44,260 nt of DNA. Origin: a virus. The notes beneath the pieces are model-generated. The model searched no databases and was not told where the DNA came from. It was given only the letters and a program-made list of their open reading frames with translations. The position numbers and the translations under genes are program-made. How positions within the stretch are numbered: the first letter of the stretch is position 1; every line of letters starts with the position of its first letter. This document shows positions 8,953-16,335 of this stretch, one piece after another. The DNA is taken from IMG/VR virus record IMGVR_UViG_3300045988_065940; one strand, given 5' to 3'.

Positions 8953-9537
8953 TTATTCATTCTGAATTTGCGCCTCCGCCTGAGCTTTAAGGCGCGTGTA
9001 ATACGCAGCCGCCGTAAAATCTCCGGCCTTCTGCGCGTTTGAAATCTTTTCGTCGTAATTTACAGACTCGTTACCGCCCTGACCAGGTGCAGGTCTCGGA
9101 GTCTTTTTAAGAGCATCTGCTTTAACTCTTTTCGCGTAATCATCAAGAAACTTCTGATTATTAGCAAAAACCTTTTCGCTGTTGCCCTCTGCCATTGCCT
9201 TAGCGGTTTCCTCTGCAAGTGCTTCGTCATAGCCCTGAGCGATAAATTTAGCTTTATACTCGGAGACCTTTTTGCCCTCGCGCAGCTCGTCAAGCTCTTT
9301 CTGCATCTGCGCGATGCTGTCAGCCTGCTCCTGCTTTTTGCGTTCGTCTTCAGAAAGAAGCTCATTGTGCTTTTTCTTCCACGAAGCGGCCTCGGAATTG
9401 GCTTTAGACGCTGCGGATTTGTACCTTTCCAGCTCTATCGAATTGTCGTTATACTCGAACGCTTCGAGAGCCTTGATTTTCTCCTCGGCGGTCATGTTTT
9501 CATAACCGTCAATACTACTTACATCGATTTTTGCCAT
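8953..9537 (-). CDS. Capsid scaffolding protein
   Basis: 194-aa charged, helix-rich, Lys/Glu/Ala-rich protein between the portal and capsid genes, with an AGGAGG RBS. Confidence 0.8.
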   Translation of the reverse strand: MAKIDVSSIDGYENMTAEEKIKALEAFEYNDNSIELERYKSAASKANSEAASWKKKHNELLSEDERKKQEQADSIAQMQKELDELREGKKVSEYKAKFIAQGYDEALAEETAKAMAEGNSEKVFANNQKFLDDYAKRVKADALKKTPRPAPGQGGNESVNYDEKISNAQKAGDFTAAAYYTRLKAQAEAQIQNE

Positions 9538-9749
9538 GATGATTACCTCCTGCGTTTAACAAGGCTGTTCACTCAGCGCTATTTTCTGTTTTTGGTGGGG
9601 TTGTCTCCCCTCTGCGATTTAGGTCTTCCCTGACCATTAACGCCTCTCGGCGATTGATTGTTTTTTGCTGCTGCCTTTCTCATACCGCGCACAACGGTGA
9701 GCTTTCATGAACACTCCGCAGAGCTCAGGGGCAACAGGAAGGAAAAGAG

Positions 9750-9835
9750 AATAACAAAAAAGGAGCTACCGACATCTTTTCGATATCGATAGCCCCTAAC
9801 TGGCTGTCCCTAATGCCCTATGCAATAGGCTGTTC
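9750..9835 (-). terminator. Structured element A: intrinsic terminator plus conserved upstream hairpins (paralog of 13478..13542)
   Basis: The minus strand reads GCCTATTGCATAGGGCATTAGGGACAGCCAGTTAGGGGCTATCGATATCGAAAAGATGTCGGTAGCTCCTTTTTT. It contains an 11-bp stem (with G-U pairs) followed by a U-tract, 58 nt after the portal stop. Confidence 0.6.
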
Positions 9836-9893
9836 GTATTTAGTTTTGCTTTTGATCTCCCAAACGCAAATTTTATTGTTCTTTACGCCGATC

Positions 9894-11360
9894 TCAATCC
9901 TGCTGCGTTGGCTCAGTGCCTGTTCTATCGCCGTTATCATCTCCGGCGTTAGCTGCATCGCCGCTCTCGGTTTTGCCTCCATTAGTTATTACCTCCGCAG
10001 CCTTTTTCTGCTGCTCTTTCATATACTCCATACTCATTCTGTAAGCGAGCTGCGGATCGCTGAATAGGCCGCAGTGTGTAAACGCCAGCACTGGCGCGAT
10101 TTTGGGATTAGCGAGCATCATAGTCAATACGTTCGCTTTTTCAGTAATATTCTCATAATTTCGCCTTGTAAAGCGAATTTCGAGGTTTGAAAGCTTAAGG
10201 CTCAAATCGCTCAGGTCGCGGCAAATGCGCAGCAGCAGTTTAAGAAACTCTTTCTCCGCCTTTTTAAACACAAGCTCCGTATCTTTAGCTCTTGCCTCGG
10301 CGGATGACCAGCCGTCACGCATAATAACAGCTGAGCCGGTGTCAGAAGTCGAAGAACCGCCGTTCCTGTTCGGCATGCCGCAAATCGTCAGCACAGTGTT
10401 GTACATGCTGTCAACGAGCGTCTGAGTTTGCGTTTGATTCATCTCGGAAGTAAGATATTCAATTTCTGCTTTGAATTGAGGATCAATGTCCTTGAACTTG
10501 ATTGCACCCTCGTTACGCAGCTTTGAAAAATCGTCACTTGAAATATCAACATTGTGGAAAAGCATAAGCGCCTGAACGAACTGCTCAACGCCGTCAATAC
10601 GGTTGCTTTCGGTCGTATTTATAGCATCCAAAAGCGGCAGCACAATTTCAAAAGCGCCAAGCCTTGCAGCGTTTGCGGGGTATTCAATGATCGGAATACC
10701 AAGTATCTGATCTTCGCTGCGCGTGATAGTAGACAGGTTCTCTATCTCATAATAATGATCTCGCGTGTAACAAGAATAAACAAGCGTTCCGTCCTCGCGG
10801 AGTATATACTTTACGCCCAACAGCGCCGGATTGCCAAGTTCACTTGAATAGACCACAAAAGCAAAACGCGGGTCAAGTGTAAATATCTCAAACGGCACTT
10901 CATCTTCCTCTATATTCACATTCGCATCAGGCAGAATCATCCGATAAGACGTGCCACAAATATGAAACCAATCCGCAAGCTCTTTGTCCTTAGCGGCCTT
11001 GTCCTCAGATATCACATAGCTGTTAAGCTTCAATACCTTAGACGCAATACTCTCCTCGTCATCACGGCTGACATACTGCACAGGCTCGCCCATAAGATAG
11101 CCGACCTTAAACGACACGATCTCATTAGCGCGATTCTCCACGATCTTGTTACAAATCTCCGGTCTTACGTCCTTGACCCTATGAATAATCGGCTGATCTC
11201 CGCAATAATAGCGATAAAGATAGTCAATATCCGCGCTATTCTGTAGGTGCACAAATAGTGCTTTTTTAAGAACATCAACTATATTTTTTGCGTTGATCTC
11301 AGCGACATCCGTGTATATAACACGCCGCCCAAACAACATACGTCCCGCTATTTGTGACAC
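9894..11360 (-). CDS. Portal protein (SPP1 gp6-like)
   Basis: 488-aa ORF after terL, with an acidic C-terminus and portal-like central region. The exact start is uncertain (the GTG at 11360 abuts the RBS). Confidence 0.9.
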   Translation of the reverse strand: MSQIAGRMLFGRRVIYTDVAEINAKNIVDVLKKALFVHLQNSADIDYLYRYYCGDQPIIHRVKDVRPEICNKIVENRANEIVSFKVGYLMGEPVQYVSRDDEESIASKVLKLNSYVISEDKAAKDKELADWFHICGTSYRMILPDANVNIEEDEVPFEIFTLDPRFAFVVYSSELGNPALLGVKYILREDGTLVYSCYTRDHYYEIENLSTITRSEDQILGIPIIEYPANAARLGAFEIVLPLLDAINTTESNRIDGVEQFVQALMLFHNVDISSDDFSKLRNEGAIKFKDIDPQFKAEIEYLTSEMNQTQTQTLVDSMYNTVLTICGMPNRNGGSSTSDTGSAVIMRDGWSSAEARAKDTELVFKKAEKEFLKLLLRICRDLSDLSLKLSNLEIRFTRRNYENITEKANVLTMMLANPKIAPVLAFTHCGLFSDPQLAYRMSMEYMKEQQKKAAEVITNGGKTESGDAANAGDDNGDRTGTEPTQQD

Positions 11361-11455
11361 CTCCTTTGCTAATTCCTACATTATTATATATTTATTTCTG
11401 CGTCAAGCAAAACTATCATACTTTGAATTATTTCTATTATTTGTTATTTCACGCA

Positions 11456-13105
11456 CTAACAAGGCCGCTTAAACACTTCTACTTTAGCGCCGTTTAAGCT
11501 CTGAGCGAATTCCGCAAACATAGCCATTCCGTCAGGTACATCGTCGTGCTTGTTTTTACCAGCTACGGTGTACGAGCAAAGCATATCCATCATCCGACCG
11601 TAGTCCGAGTTTCGCTTATATTTGCTTTCGTCCAAAAACAAGCAGTGCTCTTTGACCCACGCTGAATTTACAATGATTTTTGTTTCCTTATTCGCCGTTG
11701 TAAATTTCGTTGTAATGTTGGTAATGCCGCCAAGTCTTTTAACCTCGCCTTGAATTTTCTCCGCCACACGTCGACCGGCCGAGTTGCTTTCAAAACGACA
11801 CATATTGACCTTGTCTCGCACAAGAATATCCGCAAGGCGAATATCTACAGTGTCAGGCAAACCGTTATCGCAGATACAATCGCCGATATAATAATCCTGC
11901 CCATACACATAGCCAACAGGCAAAAACGCATAGTCAGCGCCTTTATCCTTAGTATCACATACGCCGATAACAGCGTCCGGCTCCTGCGTGGGCAGTTCAA
12001 AGAAACGCCGCAGCTCATCAGAATGATAAATAAGTCCTTCCCTCTCTATCGGTTGGTTCATGTACAGCGCTTTCCAGCTGACAGAGTCCATAATGTCCCG
12101 CTGATCACGATAAAACTTTGTAGTAAACCCTACGCCGTAATCATAATCAAAATTGCTCTCGTCGTTCTCGTTCATAGCGGGAAAGCGAATGAATTTCGCG
12201 CGAGGGTTATTCTCATACTCCCGTTCCAAGCGGCCTATAACATCATGTACGCTCCACCGAGTAGCGATATGAAGCTCTTTGCATTTATCGCCGATCTTAC
12301 GCTGCCTCAAGTCAGTGGTATACGTCTCCCACAGCTTGTCAAGCCGCTCCTTAGAGAGTGCAACTTCAATACCCGACACCAAGTCATCACAGTAAAGCAA
12401 ATTCGCAGCGCGGTACAAACCGGCGTTTCCTGTGCCTATAGAGGTAAACTCCAGCGTCTCAAAACGCTGACACTTATCAAGATCGATGCGGCAATCCTTA
12501 GCGTTTGTGTTGCTGACCTGAACGGCGGGAAATACGTCATGCCAAAGATATTCGCCCTGCGCGTCGAACAGCCTCAAACACTCATCATACACGCCGCGTA
12601 CAAACGAGTTGGAGTGACTGCCGGTAAGGTTCGGATGATTCGGATCGCGCCCGGCTATCCACGTAAGCAGGAAGATTGCAAGCGTGGTTTTGCCGACGCC
12701 GGGGGGTAAGCTCACGGCCAGTAGGTCGAGCTCATCGTCACCGCAAAGCGCCTGTAAAGCGTCAACCACAGGCTTCAGCTGCTTCTTTCGCGGCTGATAA
12801 AAGCGCTTATCCGCTTGCCTGTCAAGCTCCATATACGTCAAATAGCTGTCGAAATCGTGCGGTGCTTCAAACAGCAGGCACTTACGCCACTGCTCATAAA
12901 ACGACGCTTTATCTGCGCTCACACGCAGCTGCGCAGCGCACTTTGCCTTTAGCGCCTTGTTAGCAGCGTGAGCCGCTGCAAAATCCTCAGTTTCCCATGC
13001 ACGGCAAAGCGAGAAAAAATCCCCGTAAGCTCCCTTATCATCAGGTTTCTTATCAATCGCGGCATTTATAGAGCTCGCAAGCTTTTCGTAATTCACTCTA
13101 AGCAC
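11456..13105 (-). CDS. terL: Terminase large subunit
   Basis: 549 aa with Walker A PPGVGKTT, followed by a nuclease-type C-terminal half. It is followed by the portal gene. Confidence 0.95.
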   Translation of the reverse strand: MLRVNYEKLASSINAAIDKKPDDKGAYGDFFSLCRAWETEDFAAAHAANKALKAKCAAQLRVSADKASFYEQWRKCLLFEAPHDFDSYLTYMELDRQADKRFYQPRKKQLKPVVDALQALCGDDELDLLAVSLPPGVGKTTLAIFLLTWIAGRDPNHPNLTGSHSNSFVRGVYDECLRLFDAQGEYLWHDVFPAVQVSNTNAKDCRIDLDKCQRFETLEFTSIGTGNAGLYRAANLLYCDDLVSGIEVALSKERLDKLWETYTTDLRQRKIGDKCKELHIATRWSVHDVIGRLEREYENNPRAKFIRFPAMNENDESNFDYDYGVGFTTKFYRDQRDIMDSVSWKALYMNQPIEREGLIYHSDELRRFFELPTQEPDAVIGVCDTKDKGADYAFLPVGYVYGQDYYIGDCICDNGLPDTVDIRLADILVRDKVNMCRFESNSAGRRVAEKIQGEVKRLGGITNITTKFTTANKETKIIVNSAWVKEHCLFLDESKYKRNSDYGRMMDMLCSYTVAGKNKHDDVPDGMAMFAEFAQSLNGAKVEVFKRPC

Positions 13106-13464
13106 CCCAATTCTTGATACACTTTAAATATCTTCGGGAATTGAATAGCTATCCAGTCAACCATTTCTTCGTTCTTAGCCCATGATTGATCTGACGCAGC
13201 AGCATTCCACTGTAAGCCACTTTCGTTCAAGAATGCATGGATTATCTCGTGACGCAAAGTGCAAGCCTCCGAGCTCTTACGCACTTCCTCCCTTTCGTCT
13301 TTCCAATCCTCAACCGTAGCCAAATCAAGAATGTAAATCTTGCGATCACCGGCGCAGCATAACCCGCCGTAATGCATCCTTTCCATATATTCATTTTCGC
13401 CCGAACCTACCCGATAAACAGCGTATTTCGAGCCCAAAATATCGACCTTACGAATTAATTTCAT
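13093..13464 (-). CDS. HExxH (zinc-metallopeptidase-motif) protein, translationally coupled to terL
   Basis: 123-aa ORF with an HEIIH motif and a GGAGG RBS 5 nt before the ATG at 13464. Its 3' end overlaps the terL start by 13 nt. Confidence 0.6.
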   Translation of the reverse strand: MKLIRKVDILGSKYAVYRVGSGENEYMERMHYGGLCCAGDRKIYILDLATVEDWKDEREEVRKSSEACTLRHEIIHAFLNESGLQWNAAASDQSWAKNEEMVDWIAIQFPKIFKVYQELGCLE

Positions 13465-13477
13465 AAACGCCTCCACT

Positions 13478-13542
13478 AAACGAAAAGAGGCTACCCCTTT
13501 CGAGATAGCCCCTTAGCTGTCACCCTTGCCCTTGCAAGAGCC
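13478..13542 (-). terminator. Structured element B: intrinsic terminator plus conserved upstream hairpin (paralog of 9750..9835)
   Basis: The minus strand reads GGCTCTTGCAAGGGCAAGGGTGACAGCTAAGGGGCTATCTCGAAAGGGGTAGCCTCTTTTCGTTT. The U-tract ends 3 nt before the GGAGG RBS (13 nt before the ATG) of the HExxH gene. Confidence 0.6.
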
Positions 13543-13546
13543 TACT

Positions 13547-13636
13547 TTATAAAATTCTCGGTATCACATACGCTAACAGTAGCGCGATACATATTATCAC
13601 CAGCATATAACCGATGAGATTGAAAAAATATTTCAT
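13547..13636 (-). CDS. Possible 29-aa hydrophobic peptide (MKYFFNLIGYMLVIICIALLLAYVIPRIL)
   Basis: Short ORF with an AAAGGATG RBS between the recombinase and element B. It is too short to be in the track, and coding status is unproven. Confidence 0.25.
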   Translation of the reverse strand: MKYFFNLIGYMLVIICIALLLAYVIPRIL

Positions 13637-13680
13637 TGCTTATTCATCCTTTAAGATTGCTTCGCGCTTATACCTTTCTT

Positions 13681-14280
13681 TCATGCGTTGCTCCCATTCT
13701 TGCGGGGGATACCCATTTCGTCTTCATACTCCCACATTCTACGGTAAAAAGTATTCCGACTAACACACAGCCGTTTAATAGCATGCGCGGTGGTGATCTC
13801 ATTCTTATACCACGACGCATGAACGTCTTTCAAAAGCCCCTCATCAATAGCAATAGGCTTTCTGCCTTTATACTTCCCAGCTGCTTTTGCCGCCGCAATC
13901 CCTTCCGCTTGCCTTTGTAAAGTCTGATCACGTTCAAGCTGTGCCATAGCGCCGAACACCGTCAACATAAATTGACCCTGCGGTGTTTCTGTGTCAATAT
14001 TCTCTTTCTGCGAAACAAAAGCTACCTTCTTGCTCTTCAACTGCTCAATCAAGCTCAGCAAATCTTTCGTGCTTCTCGCAAATCGGCTGATGCTCTCAAC
14101 AATAACAACATCGCCCTCACGCACATAGTCCAGCATAGCTTCCAGTTGAGGACGGCCAGCGCGGCTTTTCCCGCTCGCCTTTTCAATATAAATTTTTTCA
14201 ACGCCGAGTTCCTTCATCAAAATCTCTTGGCGAATAGTGTTCTGCTCCTCTGTCGATACACGAACATACCCAACTTTCAT
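13681..14280 (-). CDS. Small serine recombinase (resolvase/invertase type)
   Basis: 199 aa. The N-terminus MKVGYVRVSTEEQNTIRQ carries the catalytic Ser context. It has resolvase-like core motifs (VVVESISRFARS, GAMAQLERD) and a C-terminal HTH. Confidence 0.9.
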   Translation of the reverse strand: MKVGYVRVSTEEQNTIRQEILMKELGVEKIYIEKASGKSRAGRPQLEAMLDYVREGDVVIVESISRFARSTKDLLSLIEQLKSKKVAFVSQKENIDTETPQGQFMLTVFGAMAQLERDQTLQRQAEGIAAAKAAGKYKGRKPIAIDEGLLKDVHASWYKNEITTAHAIKRLCVSRNTFYRRMWEYEDEMGIPRKNGSNA

Positions 14281-14313
14281 TATGCCCTATCTCCTTTGCG
14301 TTTTGTCTATTAC

Positions 14314-14342
14314 ACAATACCATATGCAACGTTATATGTCAA
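14314..14342 (-). promoter_or_regulatory. Near-consensus sigma-A/sigma-70 promoter for the recombinase gene
   Basis: Minus strand has TTGACA (14342..14337), a 17-nt spacer and TATTGT (14319..14314) with an upstream TG (extended -10). It lies about 35 nt before the recombinase ATG. Confidence 0.6.
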
Positions 14343-14600
14343 TACTTTTTGTGCCCAAAATTTCATAAATAAATCTCTTTTTTGTTTTTTTGCGATTTTT
14401 GAAATAGCGTGTAAGGCAAACTGACCTTTTTAATTTTTTCAGTATTCGCAGACGTAACCCCAGCCCCATTGCGCGTTTCATTTCCCCCTCCCCCGGCTCT
14501 GCCGCCGTGCCCCAATTGGGTATGATTATATGGGCATCGTGCACAAATACCCGCACACATTATTGTGTATATTTTATGGGTAAAATGTGTTGCAAAATAC

Positions 14601-14629
14601 TTGACATGTATTTAAATGGGCATTATAAT
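14601..14629 (+). promoter_or_regulatory. Consensus sigma-A/sigma-70 promoter of the plus-strand cassette
   Basis: TTGACA (14601-14606), an exactly 17-nt spacer and TATAAT (14624-14629). It is followed by a GC-rich leader of about 115 nt with hairpin potential. Confidence 0.75.
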
Positions 14630-14750
14630 AAGCACGTAAACAAAAAAGCGCACCCGAAGCCGTAGGAAGCAAACCGGGAGCGCACCGCCAAGGAGAGCGG
14701 CAAATAAATTATAAGGCCGTTCCTGCGAATAATCAAGGAGGAGTTTTACA

Positions 14751-15023
14751 ATGTCAGAAAATCGTGAATATTGCAAGAGAATTGCCGAAGAGCTTGAAGA
14801 ATACGCTGCTGGGAAAATGGTAGACGACGACGGGAACGAGCTTAGCTTGTATGATTATTTGGGCGATATGCTCGACTATGAATTTACTATTGACAGTCAG
14901 AAAGAGTACAAGGCCGCTAAAATTTGGATCACTTTGGGAGGCCCTAATGTGTGGATCGATACGGCGGAAAGAGCGGTAAGATTGGCGTGGGGTACAGATC
15001 GTGAAGAATATCCGCTTGACTAG
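14751..15023 (+). CDS. Hypothetical acidic 90-aa protein (cassette ORF A)
   Basis: Strong AAGGAGGAG RBS. By my count about 24 D/E versus about 11 K/R. No family recognised. Confidence 0.65.
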   Translation: MSENREYCKRIAEELEEYAAGKMVDDDGNELSLYDYLGDMLDYEFTIDSQKEYKAAKIWITLGGPNVWIDTAERAVRLAWGTDREEYPLD

Positions 15024-15089
15024 GATGTATGCGACGAGATCGACGACATAATGCAAGATATTTATAAGTGTTAAAAGGGGGATTATAAA

Positions 15090-15314
15090 ATGAGAAAATA
15101 CACACAAAAGGAATTGCGCCAGCTTGTGCGGCTGGGCGTAGCTGAGGATTACACGAATAAGCCGAGCGATTATATTTACACGCTTAACAGGCTCGACAAA
15201 GTGGGCTATTCTACAGGCATTTATGGTATTAACGGCGGACTTGTGCAGGACACGGAAACCGGCGCATTATATGCCATTATCGGGCGTTGCTCTAATCTGT
15301 TTATCTTGTTTTAA
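15090..15314 (+). CDS. Hypothetical 74-aa protein (cassette ORF B)
   Basis: AAGGGGGA RBS. Same strand and tight spacing with ORF A. Confidence 0.6.
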   Translation: MRKYTQKELRQLVRLGVAEDYTNKPSDYIYTLNRLDKVGYSTGIYGINGGLVQDTETGALYAIIGRCSNLFILF

Positions 15315-15326
15315 GGGGGGGATATT

Positions 15327-15509
15327 ATGAAAACAACAGGTCATTATTATAAATCTTTGAAAGCGTGGATAAATGCGGGCGGGAATAAGTACATTGTAAA
15401 TTGCCCTTGTATCCATGTGTCCGGGAGCGTTGCGGGAATGCGTCGGGATTTTTGGGGCTATAAATGCGATGTTGTCCGGGTTGGACAATGGATATATAAA
15501 GCAAATTGA
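15327..15509 (+). CDS. Hypothetical 60-aa protein (cassette ORF C)
   Basis: AAGGGGGGA RBS 5 nt upstream. It starts 12 nt after the ORF B stop. Confidence 0.5.
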   Translation: MKTTGHYYKSLKAWINAGGNKYIVNCPCIHVSGSVAGMRRDFWGYKCDVVRVGQWIYKAN

Positions 15510-15539
15510 TTGACAGTTTGCACACAAAAATAGTACAAT
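15510..15539 (+). promoter_or_regulatory. Second near-consensus promoter inside the cassette
   Basis: TTGACA (15510-15515), an 18-nt spacer and TACAAT (15534-15539), upstream of ORF D. Confidence 0.55.
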
Positions 15540-15596
15540 GGTAACACAAACACAAATTCAAGCGAACAAGGCCGCAAGCCTGGAAGGGAGCACAAA

Positions 15597-15878
15597 ATGA
15601 AAGAATTGAATCCTATAGGATATTGGTGGAATGCGCAGCCGTCTAACGATATGCCTATTTATAACATTGACGGCGTTTTGTATTGCGCTGACGGCTGGAA
15701 TGGTGAGGCATATACCCATTCTTTCCGGGTCCTAAACGCCTACGATTTAGACACTGACCACCCGCAGCCGGTGACATTGCGTCTCGTCTATGTCTTTCAA
15801 GCCGAAGGGATTGATCCAGACACAATAGACGAGATGTCAGACGAGTGGGACCGCATTATAGCAATTGCAGATTTTTAG
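15597..15878 (+). CDS. Hypothetical acidic 93-aa protein (cassette ORF D)
   Basis: GGAAGGGAG RBS. Asp/Glu-rich with few basic residues. No family recognised. Confidence 0.6.
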   Translation: MKELNPIGYWWNAQPSNDMPIYNIDGVLYCADGWNGEAYTHSFRVLNAYDLDTDHPQPVTLRLVYVFQAEGIDPDTIDEMSDEWDRIIAIADF

Positions 15879-15913
15879 TAGAATGATAAAGCCGACAATG
15901 AAAGGAAAAAACA

Positions 15914-15985
15914 ATGTATCTAATATTAACTATAATCTTTCTCCCGATATTAATTTTAATCGAATGTGTAAAATTAAATAAATGA
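15914..15985 (+). CDS. Possible 23-aa hydrophobic peptide (MYLILTIIFLPILILIECVKLNK)
   Basis: GAAAGGAAAAA RBS in an AT-rich patch. Its stop lies 6 nt before the terminator stem. Coding status is unproven. Confidence 0.3.
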   Translation: MYLILTIIFLPILILIECVKLNK

Positions 15986-15991
15986 TTCATA

Positions 15992-16024
15992 CCGCCTGGA
16001 ACAAATTCCAGGCGGTTTTCTTTT
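15992..16024 (+). terminator. Intrinsic terminator of the plus-strand cassette
   Basis: Perfect 10-bp stem CCGCCTGGAA/TTCCAGGCGG with loop CAAA, followed by TTTTCTTTT. Confidence 0.8.
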
Positions 16025-16223
16025 GCCCTTAGCGTTTGCAGCATTACAGCACGTTCAAGCGGTGCGCGCTTAGCCAGTTTGCGTTATATCCCGCTCAAAT
16101 CGTTTTTGAACGGGTTTTTATACTTCATTGTTAAAACAACACTATGGTGCAGCAAATCCGCTTACACAGCGTTGTAGCAGCCTTTAACGCGAAATGGCCA
16201 TTAAGGCAGCACACCACAAACGC

Positions 16224-16271
16224 AAAAACCGCCAAATCCTATATTTTGAGGATCAGGCGGTTTTCTTTTTT
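16224..16271. terminator. Bidirectional intrinsic terminator (backs up the cassette and stops terS read-through)
   Basis: AAAAACCGCC-AA-ATCCT...AGGAT-CA-GGCGGTTTTCTTTTTT. A-run and T-run flank the hairpin, so it can act on both strands. Confidence 0.6.
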
Positions 16272-16335
16272 CGGTTTTCGTCTGCGTCTCCGGCCAAAAG
16301 CTGCCAGAGCGGGAGTTTGTCCTGGCGGCGGTCTG

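Noticed and set aside
7906-9042. 378-aa plus-strand ORF
   Set aside because: It is entirely antisense to the major capsid and scaffold genes. It has no RBS and a low-complexity Arg/Ser/Leu-rich translation. The minus-strand genes have RBSs and recognisable structural-gene order.
11750-12709. 319-aa plus-strand ORF
   Set aside because: It is antisense to terL, which carries a Walker A motif and the expected length. The ORF has no RBS or recognisable motifs.
14332-14560. Minus-strand ORFs 14332..14556 and 14363..14560 in the divergent control region
   Set aside because: They cover the two promoters and the C-run tract, have no RBS, and are mutually overlapping. The region is better explained as regulatory DNA.
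14377-14648. 11-bp inverted repeat CTTTTTTGTTT (14377-14387) / AAACAAAAAAG (14638-14648) flanking the cassette promoter: a possible invertible promoter (inverton) for the adjacent serine recombinase
   Set aside because: The match is short and almost homopolymeric in an AT-rich intergenic region, so it is expected by chance. No second, more complex repeat supports it. It is worth a read-mapping check but is not claimed.
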